The notes below the pieces were generated by a model, which had not been told where the DNA came from, searched no databases, and saw nothing but the letters and a program-made list of their open reading frames with translations. Made by a program: the position numbers and the translations under genes. Below are positions 52,032-64,000 of a stretch of 64,000 bases of DNA, piece by piece (the stretch's first letter is position 1; every line of letters starts with the position of its first letter). The stretch lies in NCBI RefSeq assembly GCF_006345805.1, contig NC_043011.1:42482464-42546463 (forward strand). Direction: 5' to 3'. The stretch is from Octopus sinensis. Lineage: Eukaryota.

Positions 52032-52631
52032 CATACCACTTGACAATGTTGATTGTCAAGTGGTATGCAGTGTTGATTTGTTCGTGACCCCAAAACTAAG
52101 CAGTTCATCAAAAGAAATAGGTAGAAAGTACGAGAGTTAAAAATAAGAACTGGGCTTCAATTTGTTTGGCTAAACCATTTTAGGTGGTGCCCCAGCATGG
52201 GCTGCAGTTCAAAGACTGAAACAAATAAAAGATAAAAGATAGAGGTGTGTGTGTGTGTGTGTGAGAGAGTAATGGTTGGCTAGGGGAGTTGTGGTGGTCA
52301 GTTGGTTGGTCAATAAGCTTTATATTTCACAGATTTTATGGTTGTTTATTGTTTGGTCAGCTGTGAAGATTACAAACTTTTGGAATCAGATTTATTGTCC
52401 ACCTGTTTTTATGGTATGGTCAGTTTTCCTTTCTAACTGATACCCCTTTGCATGCGAATGTGGGCTTGCTCAACTCAGTAGATATCTATACACACACACA
52501 CATACTGAACTGTACATGCACTCACACACACACACACATGAATGACTATAAGTACATACACAGCTACATTTGGGCATAGACACAGAAAAAGAGATGCGCG
52601 TGTGCATGTGTGTGAATGCATGCATGCGCGC

Positions 52632-52679
<48 letters not shown>

Positions 52680-52684
<5 letters not shown>

Positions 52685-53030
52685 TGCAGAAGTAGCTGTA
52701 TGATAAGAAGCTTGCTTCCCAACCACATCATTCCAGGTTCGGTCCCACTGCATGGCACCTTGGGTAAGTGTCTTCTACTACAGTCTCAAGCTGACAAAAG
52801 TCTTGTGAGTGGATTTGGTAGACAGAAGCTGAAAAAAGCTCATATGCATATGTACACACACACACACACACAGCATGTATATATGTGTGTGTGTGTTTGT
52901 CATCCATCACTGCTTGGCAACCAGTGTTAGTGTGTTTATGTTCCTGTAAGTTAGTGGTTTGGCAAGAGAGACCAATGGAATAAGGACAAGGTTTCAAAAA
53001 ATTAAAGTACGCCTGGGGTTGATTCATTCA
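52680..53030 (+). mobile_element. SINE family A, diverged
   Basis: Head, CORE-like segment, CA insert. Confidence 0.7.
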
Positions 53031-53087
53031 GCAGCTTCTGTCTACCAAATCTACTCACAAGGATTTGTTTGGCATTAGGCTCTAGCA

Positions 53088-53629
53088 CAGGGGTCACCAA
53101 ACCTTTTTCATGGTGAGCCAGATAACCAAGAGAATGACAAGCATGGGCCGCATAACCATTTTGTTTAATACAATACAGTGAATACACAAAAAATAAAGAC
53201 AACAACATATTTATTTACCAAAAAGTTATCAAAGAAGGTGACATTAGCAATAAGATAATTATATCACAGCCAGTGTGCACATATCTGAATCTCACAAACT
53301 AAGCAGCAAAAAAAGATTAGTTAGATTTGTGAAACTGGTGTTTAGCTTTTAAGATATCATCAATATTTGCTTTGGAATTGCTGCATCCAACCAAGAGAAT
53401 TGCTTTCAAATGTTCATCAGTCAACCTTGTTCAATGTGCTGACTTCACATTCTTCACTTTTGAAAATGTTTGCTCACAGACATAAGTTGCTTCAAACACT
53501 GATGCCATACCAGAAGTAAATGAACTCTCATTGTAGAAACTTGCACAAAACGTAAAGTGTGACAGCAATCTGGATGAACTGACCTCATGGGCTGGATCCG
53601 GCTCACGAGCCACAGTTTGGTAACCCCTA
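53088..53629 (-). mobile_element. hAT (Charlie-like) deletion derivative inserted in a family A SINE
   Basis: TIRs CAGGGGTCACCAAAC / GTTTGGTAACCCCTA; 8-bp TSD CTCTAGCA / GTCTAGCA; SINE sequence resumes after the TSD. Confidence 0.88.
53317..53508 (-). pseudogene. hAT transposase C-terminal dimerisation domain remnant
   Basis: MASVFEATYVCEQTFSKVKNVKSAH*TRLTDEHLKAILLVGCSNSKANIDDIL. Confidence 0.85.
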
Positions 53630-54479
53630 GTCTAGCAGAAGACACTTGCCCAAGGTGCCGCATAGTGGGACTGAACCAGGAACCATGTGGTTGGGAAGCT
53701 AACTTCTTACCACACAGCCATGCCTGTGCCTATACAATACAATCAACACAGCTAAAAGATACATACTACAATAGTAATTCTTCAACCATTTTGCCCATGA
53801 CAACATCACAGTCTCTTTTACAAAACATAATCTGTTATTTCTTCTACAAGGTTCTCACCATTCTTGAAGGCTACTAACAAATAGTTTAATGAACAATACA
53901 CACGTGGGAGGGTGTTTATTATTATTTATGTTTCTCTCACACTATTTTGTCAGAGAAATATATCCAGAAATACATGTAAACCCAAATGAAAGGCAAGAAT
54001 TCTGTGGAGAATTCCAGAAAATATTTTCAACCAATCTTTGAGGAATAACAAGAATTTCAGTTCATAAAGGTGAATATCATAGATATGTGTGTGTATGCAT
54101 GTGTGTGCAAACACACACATATATACTTACACAAACACACACACACACACTCATATATATGTATGTAGATGCTTGTGCATATGTGTACATAAGTGCGACT
54201 ACACATACTCTCACACACAGACTGTTGTAGTTATAATTTATAGTCTTAAATTTATTTACATTAATCTATTTAAAGAATAATATTGATTTCTTTGTTGAGG
54301 TTTAAGTCTAATTTTAACACAAGTGGACATTCAATTCAAGTGACACTGACGCCTCAGCGCACTTGCGTCACAGTTTGGCCTGGATTATATTTTAGTAATT
54401 TACAAAGATCTGCATCTTTAATGCAATAAATTAATGCTGATTGGATGCCATATATTATTAATAATAATAATAATAACAA

Positions 54480-54970
54480 TGGGTTTAAATTTTGGCACAA
54501 GGCCAGCAGTTTTTGAGGGGAGGGGAAGTTGTTTACATTGACCCCATACTTGACTTCAACTTATTTTATTGACCCCAAAAGGATGACAGGCACAGTCGAC
54601 CTCGGCAGAATTTGAACTCAGAATATAAAGATGGATGAAATGGCACTAAGCATTCTGCCTGGTGTGCTAATGGTTCTGCCAGCTCAATGTCTTAATAATA
54701 ATAACAATTACAATAATATTAATCATTCTTTATTCACAACAATAATAATAATAATCCTTTCTACTAAAGGCACAAGACCTCAAATTTTTTTTGGGAGCAA
54801 ACTAGTTGATTACATTGACCCCAGTACTCCACTGGTACTTAATTTATCTACCCCCGAAAGGATGAAAGGCAAAGTCAACCTCAGTGGAATTTGAACTCGG
54901 AACATAGTGACGGGCAAAATACCACTATGCATTTCGTCCAGCGTGCTAACGATTCTGCCAGCTTGCCACC
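54480..54970 (+). mobile_element. Cluster of family B SINE fragments
   Basis: Two segments with CGAAAGGATGAAAGGCAAAGTCAAC-type cores. Confidence 0.65.
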
Positions 54971-55088
54971 TTCATCAATAACAGTAATAACAACATATAA
55001 TTAAGATGCTCTTTTTGACAGATCACATGAGTGATGGAAGGGTACAGTCTGCTCATTCAACCCCAGTACATTACTGGTATCTATTCTA

Positions 55089-55302
55089 GCAGAAACGTTA
55101 GCCGGGTGAAATGCATAGCCGTATTTCGTCTGCCGTTACGTTCTGAGTTCAAATTCCGCCGAGGTCAACTTCGCCTTTCATCCTTTCGGGGTCGATAAAT
55201 TAAGTACCAGTTACGCACTGGGGTCGATGTAATCAACTTAATCCGTTTGTCTGTCCTTGCTTGTCCTCTCTGTGTTTAGCCTCTTGTGGGTAGTAAAGAA
55301 AT
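55089..55302 (+). mobile_element. SINE family B, 5'-truncated, 14-bp TSD
   Basis: TGGTATCTATTCTA at 55075-55088 and 55303-55316. Confidence 0.9.
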
Positions 55303-55499
55303 TGGTATCTATTCTATCAATGAACAGAGGAGGTCAAAGGCAAGATTGGAACTCAAGCAATGTTTCTCAACCATCTGTGTGTGTGCGTGACAGATGATGA
55401 ATGTATGTGGTGACTTGGGCAAAACGAGATATATGATGAAGAAGTATGTGGTTTAAGGGAAAGTTGGCTACTGTTTTAGATAGATCTTGTGATTACGTA

Positions 55500-55721
55500 C
55501 GAGAGGGGGGCCGAAAAGTTCCTGGCTTTGGGTAAAAGAAAATACAGGAGGATCAGTTAATTACGATTTTACTCAACATATTTCTCTCTCAGATTTACAC
55601 ACTTATTGCTGTGGTCCTTCAATTTTTCTAAGCCTTGTAAAAGAACTCAAAAGGTTGGGCCGCCAACCAGGCCTTTTGTGATACTCTTAATGACAAGAAC
55701 TTTTCAGCACCCCACCTCTTG
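55500..55721. mobile_element. Tc1/mariner MITE
   Basis: TA-CGAGAGGGGGGCCGAAAAGTTCCTGG ... CAAGAACTTTTCAGCACCCCACCTCTTG-TA. Confidence 0.75.
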
Positions 55722-56236
55722 TATAGGAGGGGCTTTCGACCAGGGACCATATGACCCAAGGTGTTCCATTATAAGATTTTGTTGTTTTTTAGTTTATGTG
55801 CAATAAATTGGTTATTCTTCAACACAAAATATCGAAACAATTTTTTTATACAATTCCTAATAACATCTAATTATAAAAACATAACAGAATTTTTTAAACA
55901 TCAATTGACAAGAGGGTCCTTGTGAGTAAAATAGGCAGAAAATGGTTGAGAACCACTGATGTAGAGTGTCCCTTGTTGGCTGTCTTTAACCAAAGAATGA
56001 AGAACTACTATGGCAATAAAATAAATTCTGTGATTGAGGCTTGGTTTCTATTTGGTCAGTTCAGATATAAAAGAACTACATATTTTAACACAAATTCCTG
56101 GATGGATCCACTTTTCCAAGAATGACATTTCGATCCTCTTTTCTTTTTTTCCACAAATGCTACATTTGGTTCCATTTGTTGATTTTTGTGTGTGAAGGTA
56201 TTGAATATTGTGTGTGTGTGTGTGTATAAAGTGTAT

Positions 56237-56624
56237 ACTCTTTACTCTTTTACTTGTTTCAGTCATTTGACTGCGGCCATGCTGGAGCACCACCTTTAAT
56301 CGAGCAACTCGACCCCGGGACTTATTCTTTTGTAAGCCCAGTACTTATTCTATCGATCTCTTTTGCCGAACTGCTAAGTGACAGGGACGGCATCGGTTAT
56401 CAAGCAATGCTAGGGGGACAAACACAGACACACACACACATACATATATATATACATATATACGACAGGCTTCTTTCAGTTTCCGTCTACCAAATCCACT
56501 CACAAGGCATTGGTCGACCCGGGGCTATAGCAGAAGACACTTGCCCAAGATGCCACGCAGTGGGACTGAACCCGGAACCATGTGGTTGGTTAGCAAGCTA
56601 CTTACCACACGGCCACTCCTGCGC
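56237..56624 (-). mobile_element. SINE family A, near full length, young
   Basis: Near-identical to 57330. Confidence 0.9.
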
Positions 56625-57203
56625 ATGCGTGTTTGCATTGTGTTTGTGTGATGTTCCATGTATGTGTACACGTATGTGCACATTTTCGTATGTGTGTGTG
56701 TGTGTGTAGTTTATGTAGGGACATTTGAGTATGTATGTGTATTGTGTTATGTGTGCTTGCGGTACTGAATGCATGCATGTGGATTTCATGTGGCTTTCAT
56801 GTGGCATTTCTTGGTTCTTTATGCCCCCTCCTCTCCTCCCTCTCTCTCTCAGTTATACTGACTCATACAGATGGCCACATACCAAAATAGCTACAATCAA
56901 TCACACACATGCATGCATGCACATGTATACACATCACATGTTTAACCAAACACACCACAAACATGTACACGCAACATACACATACATACACAAATTACCA
57001 CACAATTTAAGTTTACACACAAATATAACACAATACACATATGTACAGCATAATGTGTGCAGACGCACACATACACACACACAGAATACTGTTCATGATG
57101 CCATTCTATGATTCTTCGACCTGCTGGTAATAACAACCAAATATCCCTCAACTCCCATGGTCATCAGCAAGCATGCAAACTGTTGATATTTTTGTTTATT
57201 TAA

Positions 57204-57500
57204 CCCTGTAGTATTTAAACTGGTCATGTCCAGCTCCAAAATTCTACCCATTTTATTAACAGACAGGCCAGATTGGGCCTCTTCCACCTACCCTACAGTG
57301 TCATTTTAAAAATAAACAATCGCATCATAGGCGCAGGAGTGGCTGTGTGGTAAGTAGCTTGCTAACCAACCACATGGTTGCGGATTCAGTCCCACTGCGT
57401 GGCATCTTGGGCAAGTGTCTTCTGCTATAGCCCCGGGCCGACCAATGCCTTGTGAGTGGATTTGGTAGACGTAAACTGAAAGAAGCCTGTCGTATATATG

Positions 57501-57535
<35 letters not shown>

Positions 57536-57829
57536 TTGTCCCCCTAGCATTGCTTGACAACCGATGCTGGTGTGTTTACATCCCTGTCACTTAGCGGTTC
57601 GGCAAAAGAGACCGATAGAATAAGTACTGGGCTTACAAAGAATAAGTCCCGGGGTCGATTTGATTGACTAAAGGCGGTGCTCCAGCATGGTCGCAGTCAA
57701 ATGACTGAAACAAGTAAAAGAGTAAAAAGAGTATTGAAATTTCAAAGTTACAAGATAATGCATAATTAATTTTAAATGATGTGAATAAGTAAGGATTACA
57801 TTTGACAGAATAATCCAAATGCTAATGGA
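57204..57829 (+). mobile_element. piggyBac-like MITE split by a family A SINE
   Basis: TTAA-CCCTGTAGTATTTAAAC ... ATGCTAATGGA-TTAA; both halves align to 44182 and 45460. Confidence 0.7.
57330..57732 (+). mobile_element. SINE family A, full length, young
   Basis: GGCGCAGGAGTGGCTGTGTGGTAAG ... CAAGTAAAAGAGTAAAAAGAG. Confidence 0.92.
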
Positions 57830-58713
57830 TTAAGCCATTATCTATTGGCGGTGTGCGGTGCTAGCATCAGAATGTGTGCCTGTGTGTATGTTTGAGCGAT
57901 AATGGCCCTCATTACCAAAATACAGCATTCTCTATACTTGTCAAAATAGTGACAGTGCAATCGCTGTTTACTCATATATATTTGTAGGTGTCAAAAATTA
58001 CCATAATTATCCAGGGAAATTAGAATGACATGAACTTGACTGCTACTTTTCATGCAGATGGCGTCCCTGAGCAATCTCCTTCAGTTATTAGAATATATTG
58101 ATCTAATGATTCTTTGATCAGCTTCCAGTTGTACCACCTGTTTACCTGGGTTTGTTGGTTAGGAGAAGATACAAGACACACACACATTCACACAAGCCTC
58201 TATGTGATTGTTTGATCTGCCAGAAATGACAACCAAATCTCTTACCACACCACACCATGTCAGTCTTCAAAAGAAAAAAAAAACAGGACACATCTAATAA
58301 GGTATTTCTAGATATATGTCATGTCTGAACAAATACAGGATGGTCATGATCAGATTATATTTGATCATAGACTGGCTGGACCAGGGCTGACCTAGGGGGC
58401 CAAATCAGTAACAACAACAACACACACACAGTTAAGATATTTCTCAAGTGGTTCAACGGAAGGAAATAAACAGTTAAAGGAAACTACAAAAGAATTAAGC
58501 ACAGAATATTCTGAATGTACGCAACTATATATATATATATATCATTTGTGTGTGTATAAATAATTTCATTTGTTTATGTTATATATGTATCTATTTACCT
58601 ATCTATATATAAAAACACACACACAAACATGCGTGCATATATATGCACACACCCACCCACTCATATATATAAACATCTATCTATCTATATATATATATTT
58701 TATATTATATTAA

Positions 58714-58820
58714 ATTAGAGATAAAACCACTATTAGGCAAATCAAAAAGTGAAAATCATAAGCCAATACATAGAAAAAAATTAATTAAAAAATTTGCCTA
58801 ATAGTGGTTTTATCTCTAAT
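58714..58820. repeat. Perfect 29-bp inverted repeat (58714-58742 / 58792-58820)
   Basis: ATTAGAGATAAAACCACTATTAGGCAAAT and its reverse complement. Confidence 0.85.
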
Positions 58821-59203
58821 CTCTCTCTATATAAACGGCAGTTTGTCTGTGCGTGTTTCTGTGTGTCTGTTTGCTTGTACCCTCACCCTGACCACGGCTT
58901 TCAACCGATTCTGATGAAACTTGACACACACATAGCCCAATGTCATAATTCAAAACTAACGCAGCGAAAATTTTGAAAAGTTCCCCCAGTTCTGAAAAAA
59001 ATCGATAAATTCGACATGGGGTCGAGAATTAGAAACACAAACCGCAAACTGTCTAGGGGACGCAACTCTACCTTTTTTAACTAAAAAAAAAAATTTACCA
59101 TCATTTTTTTCCATTTTTTTGCTATTTTTTGGCTATAACTCTCTAAAAATGCTTTATAGTTATTTCCCTTAAAAACCTGAGCAACGCCGGGCGATACTTC
59201 TAG
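58820..59203 (+). mobile_element. Non-autonomous Helitron, 3' end shared with the 19765 family, different 5' part
   Basis: TC start; CCTGAGCAACGCCGGGCGATACTTCTAG end; AT site. Confidence 0.82.
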
Positions 59204-59318
59204 TTTAATATAATATATATTTATACTATAAAATTGGATTTAATCCTAAATCTAATTTTCCCCTGTAAGTTTGGATTTACTCCCTAATATTATTATTATA
59301 TATATATATATATATATC

Positions 59319-59530
59319 CAGGGTTGGCCAAAAGTCACCCGACAGTAAATCAAAAGCCACATAATTCCAAGATTAAAACAAAAAATCATTTTATATGATA
59401 CTTCGCTAAGGTTGAAAAAAACAACAAAAAAAAACCCAGTGATTTTCACTCACAGTATTCAATTATTAAACATTCATAATTGGAATGAATAAATAAGATT
59501 CAATATTAAGTATTTATGGAATAAATCGTG
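59319..59530 (+). mobile_element. Possible Tc1/mariner end fragment
   Basis: CAGGGTTGGCCAAAAGTCACCCGACAG next to a TA tract; partner TIR not found. Confidence 0.35.
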
Positions 59531-59690
59531 CTTTATATATATATATATGTGTGTGTGTGTGTATATAATATACATACATAATTAAACAAATGAAATAGTT
59601 TCTCATCCCATATCCACACTTCTACTTATTTTTCTTCCTGATATAAGCCAAAAGCAAGGTCTGGAAGACGCACAATGTGACTACACACCT

Positions 59691-59727
<37 letters not shown>

Positions 59728-59904
59728 ATATATGCAATTAAGGATAACCTCTTAATAAGGAATCTTAACAAGGAATCTCTTACTGATAATTTCTTTTATA
59801 TATATATATGTATATATATCAATAGATATAGATATATATAAAGCATGATTTATATGAGATAAAGTATGATTTATTTGTGATCAGAGTTGTTCGAAAACTG
59901 AGGT

Positions 59905-59970
59905 TCTACTGTATATATATATTAGCACATATAAATATATATATGTGTGTGTGTGTATAAGCACCTATAA

Positions 59971-60006
<36 letters not shown>

Positions 60007-60058
60007 ATATAACACCTATAAATATATATATATATATATGTGGTGTGTGTATATAAGC

Positions 60059-60102
<44 letters not shown>

Positions 60103-60207
60103 ATATAAACACCTATAAATATATATATATATGTGTGTGTGTATATAAGCACCTATAAATATATATATATAATATATATATGTGTGTGTGTATATAAACA
60201 CCTATAA

Positions 60208-60239
<32 letters not shown>

Positions 60240-60270
60240 ATATAACACCTATAAATATATATATATATGC
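59905..60270. repeat. Minisatellite CACCTATAAAT(AT)n(GT)nATATAA, about 30-45 bp unit
   Basis: About nine units readable. Confidence 0.88.
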
Positions 60271-60321
60271 GCACAAATGGTAAGAAGACAAAGAAAATTC
60301 TTTAACACACCTTTAATGATT

Positions 60322-60437
60322 CATTACAATTGTTTCTGTGCCAACTCTATTTGCAACACCAGTTTACACAAAAAGTTGAAGTGAAAATTTACATAATGTT
60401 TATGGTTTTAGACATTAGAGAAGCACTTCATCAGACT
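60322..60437 (-). ncRNA. Hammerhead ribozyme motif, intact core, long stem II
   Basis: Minus strand CTGATGA-A-GTGC tt CTCTA...TAGAG ttg GCAC-A-GAAAC-AATT-GTA; stem I weak. Confidence 0.5.
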
Positions 60438-60568
60438 TGCCTCAAAGGTGTGTAGTCACATTGTGCGTCTTCCAGAGCTTGCTTTTGGCTTATATCAGGA
60501 AGAAAAATAAGTAGAAGTGTGGATATGGGATGAGAAACTATTTCATTTGTTTAATTATGTATGTATAT

Positions 60569-60672
<104 letters not shown>

Positions 60673-60717
60673 AAATAACCATTTCATTTGCCTGAGTGTA
60701 TATCTATGTACATATAT

Positions 60718-61133
60718 ACTCTGTTTTACTCTTTTACTTGTTTCAGTCATTTGACTGTGGCCATGCTGGAGCACCGCCTTTAGTCGAGCAAATCGACCCC
60801 TGAACTTATTCTTTGTAAGCCTAGTACTTATTCTATCGGTCTCTTTTGCCAAACCACTAAGTTACGGGGACGTAAACACACCATCATCAGTTGTCAAGCG
60901 ATAATGGGGGGGGGGACAAACACAGACACACAAACATATACACACATGCATATATATACATATATACATATATACGACAGGCTTCCTTCAGTTTCCATCT
61001 ACCAAATCCACTCACAAGGCCTTGGTCGGCCCGTGGCTATAGTAGAAGACACTTGCCCAAGGTGCTACGCAGTAGGACTGAACCCAGAACCATGTAATTG
61101 GTAAGCAAGCTACTTACCACACAGCCACTCCTG
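60718..61133 (-). mobile_element. SINE family A, full length
   Basis: Family motifs. Confidence 0.9.
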
Positions 61134-62594
61134 TGTGTATGTGTGTAAATACGCTCGTCCCTGTTGTTGAGAGAATGTATAAACAAAGAAAGTGAAGGCC
61201 GACTAGCTGTAGTGAAATGGACTGAGAATGTTTACATGACACAATGATCAAACTGAGACTAGATGGCATCAATAAAATCAAAGAATGGAATGGGTTTCCT
61301 GGATACAGGAGAGGAAATGGATAACTTTGGATCAAAACAAAAACTCGAAGAGTATCTCCATGCCAATCAATCAATGAATCAATCACATGTATATGCCTAG
61401 ATAAGGTTATAGGTGCACAAGAGATGCAACCTTCTCCTTCCCTCTTATCAGCCAACATCATCATCATCTGTGTCCATTCTTTTATGCTTGTTGATCAAGA
61501 GCCACTCCCTTTGTAGTCTTCACCTCTTAAACAATTAACCAAATCATAAAGTAAGCTTCAGCATGGTTGCTTGACCAGTAAGAAATAACAGCTAAATTTC
61601 TTCCAAGCTATCTGAAGTAAGAAAGTACTGCATGGGTTCAATCCTCCACCAAAGGCAACATTTCAAAACCAGTAACAGGACACCTAGGAGTTATGACCCA
61701 GGTGGGCCCAACTCCCTTAGAGTGTCAGGATCTAACAGGTCAAAACGCTTGGAAGTTCTTCCTCTGAAAATTTTTCCTCTTCTCACCCAGCAGTCAATTT
61801 TTATATACTGAATCATAAAAGCTTCTATGTGGTCACTCAACCAGTAAGAAATAGTAGTCAAATTTCCCTCCAACCGTCTTCAATAAGGAAGCAAAGCATG
61901 AGATAATGTAGTCCTATATACCTACTAAAAAGACAGGATGGCCATGAATGGAATGCCTTTCAACATTGATATATTCTGTCCATTAATGTTTAAACAATAG
62001 TAAAAAATTATCAAATTCTTTCATTTGTTTTTCTCACTAATTTCAAACTTTACAATCATCGACTTACAGATATTACCAATTCATATTATTTATTAACTAC
62101 TTAAATAGGAACATCCAAATCCAACAGAATAAAACAATATACATCAATAAGTAAGATAATACCATAAAAATAATACACATAAAATGGATCTAACAGCTGT
62201 TTCAGCCTGTAGATAAAGGTATCTCATTGTGCCTATATTAGTCTGATGTATTGAGGTAATATGCAGATTGATAAATGATAGGACCGATAAAATTTTCAGT
62301 TTAGTGTTCAAATCATACTGGGAACCACTTCACATTTCATCACTGTGGGATCAATAATAAAATAAAAAAGCCAATAACATATTGAATGTCATTTAAGTTG
62401 ATTATAAATTTGTCAATAGGAATGACAAAGAGAAAGACGAGTGTATTTGGGCGAGCTTGGGGGTCACCATGGTGTTGATTACTTGAGAGGAAGAGAGGAA
62501 TTTAGAGCAGTGATAGAAACTAGGAAGAGAAAACGCAGAACAGATCTTGGATGGTGCTTGTTGTAGTGTGAATGAGGCCCACACGAAAACTGAC

Positions 62595-64000
62595 TTTCAG
62601 TTGATGCCAAACTAATCCTTGGTTTCCTTCTCTAACCAAACATCATCTACAGCCACACGTCTCTCCTCGCAGATCTCGACGCCAATACTTCCTCTCCCTC
62701 ACGCTAAATAATATCAAATGTTGTCCCCGATAAATAACTTATTATTTATTATATTTCCCAACAGTAACAACAACCCTCACTAAAAAAAGCCAACGAAGAC
62801 GTCTCTATTCTGATGTCTCATCTTCTAGAAACAGCAGCCAAAATCTCCCTCGGATAACGCTAAAACCATTTCAAATGAAGAACACAGTGGACGCTGTAAT
62901 CCTTGATACACATGCAAAAAAAAAAGAAAAGAATCTAGGATGGTCGAGGCCGGAACGTCATAGGTTAGCTCGAGTAGAGCTGACCTGGGGTTAAACAACA
63001 CTAACAATAGGGGTGGTAGAAACAGCGATCAAATCTTCCTCAAACCATACCTTATGGTCTTAATCTTAAAGGTTGACGCAATTGGTCGTGAAATCCTTGA
63101 CACACTATTCTTTAAAAAGACAGGCTGTTTATGACTGGAACATCTTAAACCATAGGTTTGTTTAATCAGGACGGACTTGGAGCAAAAACAACAACACCAG
63201 CAACTCACACTACACACATACAAATAAAAGAGAGATACAAAGGTCGGAGAAGGCCCTATAGTGATAATGTCCCAGTCCTTAAATAAGGCACCAGGGACCT
63301 TTCTCTAACGACGTTTGGTTAATAGTAGAGCAAAAAGGTCTTGGAGTGATAATGGAAACGAGATGGCTAACACGGGGAAATTACGTCGCTCATTATTGGA
63401 ACTGGCTATTTACAGGAAAAAATAGCTTAGGATTAAATTCTCGTTCTCTCTCTCTCTCACACACATCTATAAGTATAAAACGAGAGGCGTGGATTAAACC
63501 AAGGAAATTCCAGAAATGAGAAAAATTTTACGGAAATATCTTTATACATACATACATACACACATACATACATGACATTTATATACACAGCGCATTTATT
63601 GTAAAAGTTTATAATTCTTTCTATATTGGCCACAAAGATCATGAAAGAAAATAATAATAAAATATAGTGCGTACCAAAATTAACAGAAACTACCATAATT
63701 ATATAGATGATGATGTAAAATTTAGTCTGTACGTAGTATGAGCTACAGTAGTGACAGTGGTGGTGTTTAGCCCCTTGAATAGCCCTGATCAAAGGCGTTC
63801 CAACCGTGATCGTCTCGTTTTTATGTCAAGAACTACATTCCCATATATCTTTCCTATTTAAGACGATAGAGTATGATTTGAGGATGGGGGAACTTGACTG
63901 CTATTTCTTACAAAGCGAGCAACAACGTAGAGGTTATCCTGATTAGAAGGAATGATGATGATGATGGTGGTGGTGGTGGCGAGGGCGATGGTGGAGGACT
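62595..64000. promoter_or_regulatory. CpG-retaining region, possible promoter or first exon of the minus-strand gene
   Basis: Visible CpG excess; repeats here keep CG where other copies have TG/CA; minus-strand donor ctgaaa|gtcagt at 62595; ATTGG at 63081. Confidence 0.35.

Noticed and set aside
58059-58120. Strong plus-strand acceptor followed by ATGGCG
   Set aside because: All frames stop within 20 codons and there is no donor
59905-60270. CRISPR-like spaced repeats
   Set aside because: The spacers are variable (AT)n(GT)n, the context is eukaryotic, and there are no cas genes

Overview
This is AT-rich, CpG-poor eukaryotic DNA, almost certainly metazoan intronic or intergenic sequence. The SINE families point to an octopod cephalopod (inference from recalled families; no database search was run). 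The window is dominated by (TA)n/(CA)n/(GA)n arrays and four SINE families, plus LINE remnants (L1/Tx1, RTE, CR1/L2), DNA transposons (mariner, hAT, piggyBac-like MITEs), non-autonomous Helitrons and Penelope-like fragments. No complete recognisable protein gene, tRNA/rRNA gene or CRISPR array is present, and the long ORFs in the track are microsatellite artefacts. Most interesting: (1) a phase-consistent minus-strand exon chain that needs a 4-nt microexon (16511-16514); (2) at least five dispersed minimal hammerhead-ribozyme motifs with palindromic stem III, two tied to inverted repeats; (3) an L1/Tx1-like LINE sharing its 3' tail with a SINE family; (4) a templated inverted insertion with flanking duplication; (5) a CpG-retaining, promoter-like zone at the right end. 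All homology calls come from motif recognition by eye.
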